DNA of 11,829 bases, from the NCBI GenBank assembly GCA_034440375.1, contig JAWXBZ010000208.1, positions 1 to 11,829 on the forward strand, in the 5' to 3' direction. Of this stretch, positions 1-8,035 are shown piece after piece. The stretch is from Candidatus Eiseniibacteriota bacterium (lineage in GTDB: Bacteria; Eisenbacteria; RBG-16-71-46; JABDJR01; JAWXBZ01). Both the position numbers and the translations under genes were made by a program. The notes beneath the pieces are model-generated. The model saw nothing but the letters and a program-made list of their open reading frames with translations. It did no database searches and was not told the origin of the DNA. Within the stretch, counting starts at the first letter, position 1; every line of letters begins with the position of its first letter.

Positions 1-98
1 GCGACTCAAAAAGAACGAAGAACTGCTTCGGTCTTTCATCCAGGGCACGCCTCTTTCTTTACGCCTGTTATGAGACATTAGTTATGCAGTAGTCAATA
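1..98 (+). mobile_element. Right end of probable IS630-family insertion sequence (transposase C-terminus, terminal region, TA target)
   Basis: Frame 2 from the window edge reads RLKKNEELLRSFIQGTPLSLRLL* (stop 71-73), resembling IS630 transposase C-termini. It is followed by ...TTATGCAGTAGTCAA-TA (TA at 97-98), exactly where the peptidase reading frame becomes plausible. IS630 elements insert at and duplicate TA. The left end is outside the window. Confidence 0.65.
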
Positions 99-1927
99 GT
101 CGGTAAGGCGTTTCCGAACTTTAACCCCGCGGACACGCTCGGCGTTGGCCACAACGGTCAAGTTGTGCGTCTCATGAATTTCGGTCTCGTCTACCGGTTA
201 CGGCTGCCTGCCTCAGGCGATCCTCAGGCCCTCGCGGACGCGCTCAAGCAATTTCCAGAGGTTGTCTATGCGCACCGCAACGGGTCGACGGAAGCATGCG
301 TGGTCGAGCCGAACGACCCACGATTCCAGAATGGCAATCAGTGGAGCCTGCGCAACTATGGTCAGAGCGGAGGCACACCCGGCGAAGACATCCAAGCCGG
401 CGATGCATGGACCAGAAGTACGGGCGCGTCTACGACAATTATCGGCGTCATCGACTACGGAGTCTCCAACACCCACGTTGACTTGTTCGGCAAGGTGACT
501 GGAGACATTGGGCTCACACGCCATCCGAGCCGAATCACGGAACACACGTCGCCGGCATTGCCGCCGCGCGCACAAACACGATGCCAGCGGAAGGCGTCGC
601 AGGTGTTGACTGGAATGCCCTCATCCACTCGCAGCGCATCGACGCGCCGGGAGACGATGCAACCATCGCCGCCATCCAGGATGCTGTCACAGCAGGATCG
701 GACATTCTGAACAACAGCTGGCATATGACCGACAGCGGTGGGGACGCTCGATATTCTGACTCTGTGCGTGCGGCATTCATGAATGCCTACAAGTTGAACC
801 GCGTGGCATGTGTCGCGATGGGCAATGAGGAGGATACGGACCCGGGGGTCACCCAGTATCCGGCTGGATTCGGCCAGGGAATCATCGCGGTGGGCTCCAC
901 GGATCGAAGGGGCGCGATTGCATTCTCTTCAAGTACTGGCCCTCACATCGATGTGGCGGCGCCCGGAGTTGGAATCTGGAGCACAATCCCATACGCAGCC
1001 GGTTCTCCGCCTGCCTACGGGTCTAACAGCGGTACGTCAATGGCGACGCCGCACGTGGCCGGACTTGCCGGCCTACTCCTCGCTCGAAACCCTGCGCTAT
1101 ACAACGACGACATTGAGCAGCTGATTCGACTTTCTGCCACGGACAAGGGAGCCCCTGGATTCGACAACACTTTCGGTATGGGTCGCATTGATGCATACAA
1201 AGCCCTACTCTTCCTCGAGGCGCCCTACGCCCTCCTTCAAGAGGCCGCAACTGGTGGAACCATTCATTCCTCCACGTCCTCGTACTACACCCAGGGCTTT
1301 CTTGCCGGGGCCGGACCAACGGACGGAACATACCTTGCCAAGCGCCACGAAGTTCGCAAAGCCGTGACTTTCTCTAGTGCCTACGCCGAAGTGCCAGAGG
1401 TTTGGGGGCGGGGTGTCGATACTCGAGGGTATTCGACCGACAACCCGAATTGGGGAATGGGATGGTGCGAGCCGGTTCCAGGCACGATTACAGCGTCTGG
1501 GTGCACATTACGGACGTACATCTATGAAGTGAGAAACATCAACGGCACGCCGCTCGGGTGGTATCCGACGACTGCAGGTAATACGGCTTTTGCATGGACC
1601 TCGCTCGGCAGAACCGCGATTTCCCAAGTCGGGAATACACCCGATCCTGTCACGGCGATGTCGGTCCACCCTCACGTTAATCCGGTCACCGGCCCCTGCG
1701 TGTTCAAGGTCAGCATCCCCAGCTCGACAGTCGGCAGCCTCGAAGTGTTCGACGTCCAAGGCCGACGAGTGCGCACTATCAAAAGTGGAGCCTTCGAGGC
1801 GCTCGAACAGGAAATCAGCTGGGATGGACGGAGCCAAGCTGGCACGTTGGTACCACCGGGAACCTATCTATACCGGCTCCGCACCGGCTTAGGCGAGACC
1901 TCCGGTAAGCTCACGGTTGCACGGTAA
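99..1927 (+). pseudogene. S8 (subtilisin-like) serine peptidase with C-terminal FlgD-Ig/T9SS-like domain; 5' interrupted and frameshifted near 510-535
   Basis: The catalytic triad is split over two frames: IGVIDYG (Asp 453-455, frame 3), then HGTHVAG (His 536-538) and GTSMATPHVAG (Ser 1037-1039) in frame 2. Oxyanion motif AMGN is present. The propeptide-like frame 3 is open back to a TAG at 90-92, with no signal peptide. The C-terminus has VFDVQGRRVRT..WDGR..GTYLYRL. Confidence 0.9.
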
Positions 1928-1933
1928 GTCCGC

Positions 1934-2956
1934 ATGCTCCCGCTTCTCGCTCATTCCAGGAGGTTTAGAACAGGCTGCAGGCCACTTGTACCCCTGACGC
2001 GCCAACGATGCTGTGCGGTGGTGCTGGCAGCTCTCATGAGTGTTGTCGGATGTACCGACGATGATGGGAACATGGTCAAGCCACCGACAACAGTCTTTGC
2101 CCCGCATCACGAGGCGCCGGCATGGTCCACCCTGAATCAACTCGCCTACACGGATAATGGTTTTACGTGCGTAGGTGATGACGGGTCGGCGCTTGCTGAT
2201 CCCGACCTAGCCGGGCTATGGGTTTTGGATTTCCCCTCCGGGCAATCCCGCCGCATCCTTCCCTACGGTTTCGATGCGGACTGGACCCAAGACGGAATGC
2301 GGATTGCTTTCGTGCACAATGCTCACATTTACGTTGTCGAGCGAGATGGAACAAACCTTCGCCAACTGACTGACGAGGGTGAGAATGGTTGGCCTCGATG
2401 GGATCCACAAGGCCAGCGGATCTGTTACACCTCAAGCGTGGATGATGCAAACGGAGCACAGCTCGTGTGGGTTATGAACGCCGACGGCTCTGGGATGACC
2501 GACATTAGCAGGCACGGCGTCGGCGAGTGGTTGTATCCAGATTGGTCACCGGACGGCCTTCGGATCATTCACACGCGCTTCGTACCAGGACTTCAGTATT
2601 CAGAACTCTTTACCATGACAGCGTCGGGCGAAGACGCACGGAGGTTAACGACCAATAGTCGAGAGGAGCGCTGGCCGCAGTATTCCCCCGGTGGACTCCT
2701 CGTCGCCTTCAGCGCCAGATCGGAGTCGGGAGGCGGGGTCCAAGTGTGGACGATGAATGCTGATGGCACCGGCGTGGACCAGTTGACTCAGCGAGGCGGA
2801 ATCAACCCAACCTGGTCCCCGGACGGAAGTGAAGTCGCTTACGTTGCCGGCATGTCCGCGACGAACATGGCTTCCGACGGGGTGATATGGACGATAAACG
2901 TGACTACCGGTCTGGAACGACAATTAACGGTCAAGTGGCCGGAGGCATGCCCGTAA
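1934..2956 (+). CDS. TolB-like PD40 beta-propeller protein, probable lipoprotein
   Basis: Repeated PxWSPDG-type motifs (PAWS, WTQDG, PRWDPQG, PDWSPDG, PQYSPGG, PTWSPDG) and MNADG(S/T)G..QLT motifs. Hydrophobic stretch plus lipobox-like VVGC (Cys40). Starts 6 nt after the peptidase stop; the exact start codon is uncertain. Confidence 0.85.
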   Translation: MLPLLAHSRRFRTGCRPLVPLTRQRCCAVVLAALMSVVGCTDDDGNMVKPPTTVFAPHHEAPAWSTLNQLAYTDNGFTCVGDDGSALADPDLAGLWVLDFPSGQSRRILPYGFDADWTQDGMRIAFVHNAHIYVVERDGTNLRQLTDEGENGWPRWDPQGQRICYTSSVDDANGAQLVWVMNADGSGMTDISRHGVGEWLYPDWSPDGLRIIHTRFVPGLQYSELFTMTASGEDARRLTTNSREERWPQYSPGGLLVAFSARSESGGGVQVWTMNADGTGVDQLTQRGGINPTWSPDGSEVAYVAGMSATNMASDGVIWTINVTTGLERQLTVKWPEACP

Positions 2957-3025
2957 TCGCATGAGATGCCGTAATGATGCGATTCAGAATTGTGCCAGAG
3001 ATTCACCCCTAGCTCCCACGAGTTT

Positions 3026-3106
3026 CCAACCGTGACCCAACTGTGACCAATCTCCAGCCAAGACCACCCAACCAAGCCCAACGACCGCGCCTGCAACCTA
3101 TTGATT
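3026..3106. promoter_or_regulatory. Integrase arm-like region with IHF consensus site
   Basis: GTGACC pair at 3032 and 3043. CCAA recurs at 3026, 3037, 3047, 3058, 3068 and 3078 (10-11 bp period). CAACCTATTGATT (3094-3106) exactly matches the IHF consensus YAANNNNTTGATW. Confidence 0.55.
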
Positions 3107-3189
3107 TTCCTTGCTCAGATTGGCCTGCGGGGGCTGGATTCTCACCTTGGACGACCCTCATGACCCAAAAGTCGCGGCCACAGTTGAGT

Positions 3190-3208
3190 CGTCTCCAAAA
3201 CGTCTCCA
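3190..3208. repeat. Direct repeat CGTCTCCA x2 (arm-type-like pair)
   Basis: CGTCTCCA at 3190 and 3201, 11-bp spacing. Confidence 0.5.
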
Positions 3209-3367
3209 TAGCTCGGGTCGATTCGCGGGAATCGAGCGGACTGCCGGGGACACAGCAGTACTGACCCATCTCGTGTGACTAGCGATGTTACATCGGAAGT
3301 CGTGCGCCATCACCAAGATACGAGGATAGGTGCTGCCCGGGTTCGAATCCTTGGGCATAGCCCGTGA

Positions 3368-3675
3368 GTGCCGACAACTGTGCCGAGCTCGCCCCGCTAA
3401 TTCATTCCTCGTGCTTCAGTCCAGTTCAGGCTGCTTCAGCTTGTGCCACAAGCCAAACTGGCCGTAATTACGTTTCCTGCAAAAATCTATGACTGTAAAC
3501 GCCGCTGACCACACGACCTAGCTCGAGAGTCGGCTAAGTCTTGAATTCTCGTTCTTGTCGGTCTTGAAAACCGGCGTGGTGAAAGCCACCGTGAGTTCGA
3601 ATCTCACTCCCTCCGCCAGGTTACAGCGTTTTCAGTTTTCGAGAATCCGGGGTGTGCCGCCTACTGTGCCGAGCT
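3368..3675 (+). repeat. 22-bp direct repeats (paired GTGCCG arm-type sites) flanking tRNA fragment 1
   Basis: GTGCCGACAACTGTGCCGAGCT (3368-3389) vs GTGCCGCCTACTGTGCCGAGCT (3654-3675), 20/22 identical. Each contains GTGCCG twice, 12 bp apart. Confidence 0.75.
3558..3618 (+). tRNA. tRNA-Ser(TGA) 3' fragment 1 (att site, not a full gene)
   Basis: Anticodon arm TCGGT-CTTGAAA-ACCGG, long variable arm GTGGT-GAAA-GCCAC, T arm GTGAG-TTCGAAT-CTCAC, then TCCCTCC-G-CCA. No 5' acceptor strand (GGAGGGA) or D arm upstream. Confidence 0.92.
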
Positions 3676-3977
3676 GGTGACGGGATTCGGTGATGCCGGC
3701 GGTGTGGCCGTTGGTGGGAATGGTCCAACCCGCACGGAGCCGACAGGTCGCCGGCGCCTCCCGTGGGCACAGTTTCTTCGCCGCGTCGTCGGGTCTAGCA
3801 CTGGGATGCGCAGTGCCCGATGAGGATTCCACTACGAGCACCAGGCAAGATCACGCGAGGTAACACGTCAGCACGGCCTGAATGCGCGCGAAGGCGACGC
3901 GCACGCGGTCAACTCGAACCCGCGAGCGTCGCTGCAGGCCGTCACCTCGTCGTGCCCGCCCGCTGGTACCCCCCCGA

Positions 3978-6650
3978 TCACTTCTTCAACGTAGCGGGCC
4001 AGTTCTGCACGAGAGTGATGGGCTCCACGCCGCGAGTCTCGATCGCGCGGTTCACGAGGAAGCGCTCCCCGTCGGCCGAAACATCCCAGGCCTGAAGATT
4101 CTGCACACGGGCCCGCGGATCGAAGAGCGGATTCGGGGTCCCCGCCTGGAACATGGGCTCGAGGCGGATGTCCACAGCCACGAGCTTGCGGTCGGCACCC
4201 TGGTAGATGATCTCCCTCCCGCCGCGCGTCCACGCCGGTCGCGAGCCACCGTCGGTGGAGATCTGCCACTTGCCTCCATCGTCGAGGAGCGACTGGACAT
4301 AGATTTCGTCCCGCCCGGACTCGTTGGACGTGTACGCGAGCCAGCGGCCATCGGGTGAGGGAACGGGATGGGTCTCGTTGAAGGGCGTCGACATGAAGAC
4401 CGAGGCCTGCCCGGTCTGCAGATCGAGCCGCAGGATGTCCGAACCCATCTTGGGCGGAAAGGTCACGACCCAGGCCGTCGCTCCGTCGGGCGAGACGGTC
4501 CAGAGGTAGTCCGGATTGGGGCTCCCGTAAACTGGTTCGTCCTTCCCGGTTCCCGAGCTCGACTTGGAATAGACGTCGCTCTTCCCCGCGCGAGAGGACG
4601 AGAAGTAGATCTTCCGGTCGTCGGGCGACCAGAAGGGGGCCCAGTCGCTCTCGGGATCGAAGGTGAGGCGAGTGGAGGTTCCCCGTGCCACGTCCAACAC
4701 CCAAATGTCGCCCTTCGTGGTGCCCGGGTCGGCGATCGCCGCAACCACGCGCGACTCGTCGCGTGAAAACCTCGGCGCCCGATAATCCGCGACGGTCTTG
4801 CTGGCGAGCCCCACGTCCCTTCCGGAACGGTCGATCAGGACGAGTTGGGCCGGCTCGGTGGCGCTGCCGACCTCGAAGGCGAGAAGTCCGTTCCGGGAAA
4901 TGCTGAAGTCCGCCTCAAATCGGGCGCTCCGCTTGACGTTCTCCGCAACCGGCAGAGCCTCCCCGGACAGGCCCTGCGTGCGCGGATCGAACTTCTGCGC
5001 GACCAGCGTTCCGGCTCGCACGAAAAGCAGGTACCCCGTCGCCGGTGAGTACCGCGCCTGCCCGTTCGTGGCGACCACCAGCTTCTTCTGCTTCGAGCCG
5101 AGTTCGCCCGCGAAGACCGCGAAACCCTGGTCGGTCCCCGGGGTCTCGGCAGCGGACTCGACCAGGAACAGGTAGTGCTTCCCGTCGGGCAGGAACTCAG
5201 CATAGCGATGCGAGACCTCGCTGCGAGAGGAATCCAGCGCGGTCTCTGCGACCGGTGTGCCTCCCGTCACCGGCACGCGGTGGAGGGGCATTCCCGTGCC
5301 TGGAGTGAAGAGAATCGTCCCGCCGCTCCCCCACGCGGCTCCGCGCCCGTCGGCCGCGTCGCAGATCGCCTGCGGCGGTCCGCCCGCCGCGTCGATCCTC
5401 CTGAGCTTGCCCAAGGAGAAGAACGCCACTTGGCGGCTGTCGGGTGACCAAACGGGGTGCGTGGCCCGTTCGGTGCCCGGCATCAGCTGCGCGGAGCCGG
5501 TGGAAAACGTCCTGATCCAGAGTGCGGACTTGCCGTCCTGCCCGACTGCGACGAACGCGAGGCGCTGACCGTCTGGCGCCAGCACGGCTGCGCCGAGGCC
5601 GCTATCGAAGCGCAGGTCCTTCGGAGGAAGGACGGACGAATTGATGGCCGGCATCGGCTCGTGCCGCAGCGTCGCGAACGCGAGCGTCATGATCACGGCC
5701 GCCGCCGCCGTGGCGGCGTTCAGCGCCCACGCGGTGCGCAGGCGGAAGCGCCGCCGTGCCGCCAGCGGGGCCGCCTCGCCGGCGCGCGAACCAGCCTCGG
5801 AAATCCAGCGCAGCTGGTTCCCGATGTCGGCTGCGCTCTGCCAGCGGTCATCCGGTTCCTTCTCGAGACAGCGGCGTACCACGTGCTCGAGCGCGGGGGG
5901 CGTGAGCGGTATCAGTTCGCCCATCGGGCGCGGCGTTCCCGACACGATTGCCGCGATCAGCGAGGTCCGCGTGGCCCCTTCGAACGCCCGCTTTCCCGTC
6001 GTCATCTCGTAGAGCAGCGCCCCGAAGGCGAAGATGTCCGTGCGCGCGTCGACTTCGATTCCCTCGAGCTGCTCGGGGGCCATGTACTGGAAGGTCCCGA
6101 GGATCGTCCCTTCCTGGGTCAGTGGCGCCGCCTGCGTCGCCATGGCTGTCAACCCATGCACCGGCGACGCCTCGGGACCGGATCGGGCGAGGCCGAAGTC
6201 CAGGAGCTTGGCCCCCGCCTTGGTGATCATCACGTTGCCGGGCTTGAGGTCCCGGTGGACGATCCCCTGCCGGTGTGCGCGGCCCAGCGCGTCGGCGATC
6301 TGCGCGCCGTAGCGAAGCACCTGCTCCAGCGGAAGCGGACCCTTCTGGAGCCGCTCGGCCAGCGTCTCTCCCTCGATCAGCTCCATCACGAGGAAGTGCG
6401 TGCCGTCCTCGCGGCCGACGTCGAAGAGGGTGCAGATGTTCGGGTGGTTCAGGGAGGAGACGGTCCGCGCCTCACGCTCGAAGCGGGCGCGCAGCTCCTC
6501 GTTGGCGGCAAAGCCGGGCGGGAGTATCTTGATCGCCACGTCGCGCCCGAGTCGCGTGTCGCGCGACCGATAGACTTCCCCCATGCCGCCGGCGCCGAGC
6601 GGGGCGACGATCTCGTAGGGGCCAAGGCGGGTGCCGGGAGTGAGTGGCAT
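3978..6650 (-). CDS. Hanks-type Ser/Thr protein kinase with a hydrophobic segment and C-terminal PD40/TolB-like beta-propellers
   Basis: Kinase motifs LGAGGMGEVY, VAIK, HRDLKPGN, DFGLA and YMAPE. An Ala-rich hydrophobic segment is followed by multiple WSPD/SPDG repeats. 890 aa, intact. Confidence 0.95.
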   Translation of the reverse strand: MPLTPGTRLGPYEIVAPLGAGGMGEVYRSRDTRLGRDVAIKILPPGFAANEELRARFEREARTVSSLNHPNICTLFDVGREDGTHFLVMELIEGETLAERLQKGPLPLEQVLRYGAQIADALGRAHRQGIVHRDLKPGNVMITKAGAKLLDFGLARSGPEASPVHGLTAMATQAAPLTQEGTILGTFQYMAPEQLEGIEVDARTDIFAFGALLYEMTTGKRAFEGATRTSLIAAIVSGTPRPMGELIPLTPPALEHVVRRCLEKEPDDRWQSAADIGNQLRWISEAGSRAGEAAPLAARRRFRLRTAWALNAATAAAAVIMTLAFATLRHEPMPAINSSVLPPKDLRFDSGLGAAVLAPDGQRLAFVAVGQDGKSALWIRTFSTGSAQLMPGTERATHPVWSPDSRQVAFFSLGKLRRIDAAGGPPQAICDAADGRGAAWGSGGTILFTPGTGMPLHRVPVTGGTPVAETALDSSRSEVSHRYAEFLPDGKHYLFLVESAAETPGTDQGFAVFAGELGSKQKKLVVATNGQARYSPATGYLLFVRAGTLVAQKFDPRTQGLSGEALPVAENVKRSARFEADFSISRNGLLAFEVGSATEPAQLVLIDRSGRDVGLASKTVADYRAPRFSRDESRVVAAIADPGTTKGDIWVLDVARGTSTRLTFDPESDWAPFWSPDDRKIYFSSSRAGKSDVYSKSSSGTGKDEPVYGSPNPDYLWTVSPDGATAWVVTFPPKMGSDILRLDLQTGQASVFMSTPFNETHPVPSPDGRWLAYTSNESGRDEIYVQSLLDDGGKWQISTDGGSRPAWTRGGREIIYQGADRKLVAVDIRLEPMFQAGTPNPLFDPRARVQNLQAWDVSADGERFLVNRAIETRGVEPITLVQNWPATLKK

Positions 6651-6686
6651 CCGGGGAACCTACACCAGCTGTGCCTCACGCGTCAG
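6651..6686 (-). promoter_or_regulatory. Candidate sigma70 promoter giving a leaderless kinase mRNA
   Basis: Minus strand reads CTGACG-N18-TAGGTT-CCCCGG-ATG: a TAnnnT hexamer 6 nt before the ATG, with no convincing Shine-Dalgarno. Confidence 0.4.
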
Positions 6687-6823
6687 GCCTGCTGTCACCG
6701 ATCCCGTTGGTCGCCGATTGGTCGCATGTTCAAAGTCCACTCCTGCCCGTGCCTGGTCCCCTTCATAACCACAAGACGAAGTCCCGCCTGTGTGGCTGTC
6801 CACAAGCGGGGCATTGAGTGACA

Positions 6824-6946
6824 CTTCAGCAGCAGGCGCCGGAAAAGCTCTTCCACGACCTGCGGCGTCAACTGTGGTAAATCCCTAAACGCGCCGTTCG
6901 GCGTCATGACTTCGTTGGTCACCAGGGCGTGTCAATGCGGATGCCG
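6824..6946 (-). pseudogene. Relic of IS91-family (HUH/Y2 rolling-circle) transposase
   Basis: Minus frame reads RHPH*HALVTNEVMTPNGAFRDLPQLTPQVVEELFRRLLLK. This matches the IS91-family HPHxHxxVT-G motif and the following segment, with a TGA (6932-6934) at the U position of HUH. Confidence 0.75.
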
Positions 6947-7099
6947 GGTGGCGCAAGATCCGAACGTCTGGATCGAGATCACCTCCCCGGCAGGGCGCGT
7001 TCATGCGGAAGCCGGCCGCCCATGTCCTGCACACGAGGTCGTAGTCTGATACAACGATTTGGCTCGACAGCACTCAAGTGACAGGTATTCGTCCCGGCG

Positions 7100-7158
7100 G
7101 GTCTTGAAAACCGGCGAGCTGAAAGGCTCCGTGAGTTCGAATCTCACCCACTCCGCCA
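7100..7158 (+). tRNA. tRNA-Ser(TGA) 3' fragment 2 (att site)
   Basis: GGT-CTTGAAA-ACCGG, variable arm GAGCT-GAAA-GGCTC, identical T arm, then CCACTCC-G-CCA. The 5' half is absent. Confidence 0.92.
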
Positions 7159-7427
7159 GGTTGCCGGGATTGGTCTATTCCGAAGTGGCAAGGATAAGCA
7201 GACCTGTCTTGCCGACCCGAAGCTGGAGAGCCTTGCGGAACGCTAACCGGCTGGCCGCCGCTCTTTCCGTGCCGCCCCTACCATTCGCGCGGGGACGAAT
7301 CGGCATGAATCCCTTCCCCCCACCCGCGCATCTCATGGCTCCAGCGTGCGACGGGTAAGCCGCAGCCATAGCAACTCTTGTACACCGCCCGAGACCAAAT
7401 CCGTTTCATCAACCTAAGGAGCTCCTC

Positions 7428-7628
7428 ATGTCAAATGAACAGCAGACCTGGCCCGACCTTGCCATTGGCCTCTATGACCGGCTGACCGGCCGCGGTGCCG
7501 AAATCACTTATGAAGCCGTGGACCTCAGCGTTGCCGTGCCGAGCCGCGTGGGCGACACGACGAATCAGACACGGTGGGTGGTCAATGGCACGGTGAAGAT
7601 CCGCGCGAAAGATACCGTCTCCAAGTGA
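7428..7628 (+). CDS. Small hypothetical protein (TWPDLAIGLYDRLTGRGAEITYE motif)
   Basis: Strong RBS AAGGAG at 7416-7421. 66 aa with protein-like composition. The stop overlaps the next start (GTGA). Confidence 0.85.
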   Translation: MSNEQQTWPDLAIGLYDRLTGRGAEITYEAVDLSVAVPSRVGDTTNQTRWVVNGTVKIRAKDTVSK

Positions 7629-8020
7629 CGTTGGCAGCAGGCGGCGCGATAGCGACCACGGGAAGTGTGGAAGAGGGCGGTGCAGGGGCCCGACGTCATT
7701 TGGACGTTCTCGCGGCGGTTCACATCGAGACCCCGGCCGGGCTCATCGAGCTTTCCGGCCGGGGTTCTTCGCTTGTGATCGATCTGCAAAAACCCTCTAC
7801 CCTTCGCGAACTGTGGCGGCCGGTGTGGGCGGCACGCCACTTGATCCCGCGTTTGGCCCATCTCCTCGAATTCGCCGGGCTGGAAGTGGAACTGCGCGTG
7901 GGAAGTCGGCGCATCGCGTCGATCGGCGGGGGACAGCCGATTTCCATGCCGGCGCGGCTCCTCGGGCTGCACGGATGTATCATTTATCCGCGTGCGTTAC
8001 TCCGCTCCCTCGTCGCCTGA
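7625..8020 (+). CDS. Hypothetical protein
   Basis: In-frame GTG at 7625 overlaps the upstream TGA (translational coupling). It ends 15 nt before the next ATG. The start is uncertain. Confidence 0.65.
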   Translation: MTLAAGGAIATTGSVEEGGAGARRHLDVLAAVHIETPAGLIELSGRGSSLVIDLQKPSTLRELWRPVWAARHLIPRLAHLLEFAGLEVELRVGSRRIASIGGGQPISMPARLLGLHGCIIYPRALLRSLVA

Positions 8021-8035
8021 AGCGCTGCCAGTGAC

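Noticed and set aside
67-87. GTTATG x2 as an integron attI/attC or dif-like site
   Set aside because: No matching inverse core, attC hairpin or XerC/D consensus. It is better explained as an IS630 end.
3500-3618. Complete tRNA genes, or tRNA-Sec, at the three tRNA-like sites
   Set aside because: No 5' acceptor strand or D arm upstream of any copy. The anticodon reads TGA (decodes UCA, Ser), not TCA.
3000-3700. CRISPR array
   Set aside because: The repeats are short, few and irregularly spaced, with no repeat-spacer periodicity and no cas genes.
3632-3870. Possible tyrosine-integrase C-terminal relic (ILIGH.., AHPS..DDAAKKL on the minus strand)
   Set aside because: The pieces are in different frames and no catalytic Tyr or HxxR context is visible, so it is too weak to call. 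TBLASTN against phage integrases would settle it.
5457-6821. 454-aa plus-strand ORF and other ORFs overlapping the kinase
   Set aside because: Antisense or off-frame shadows of a high-GC gene, with no recognisable motifs.
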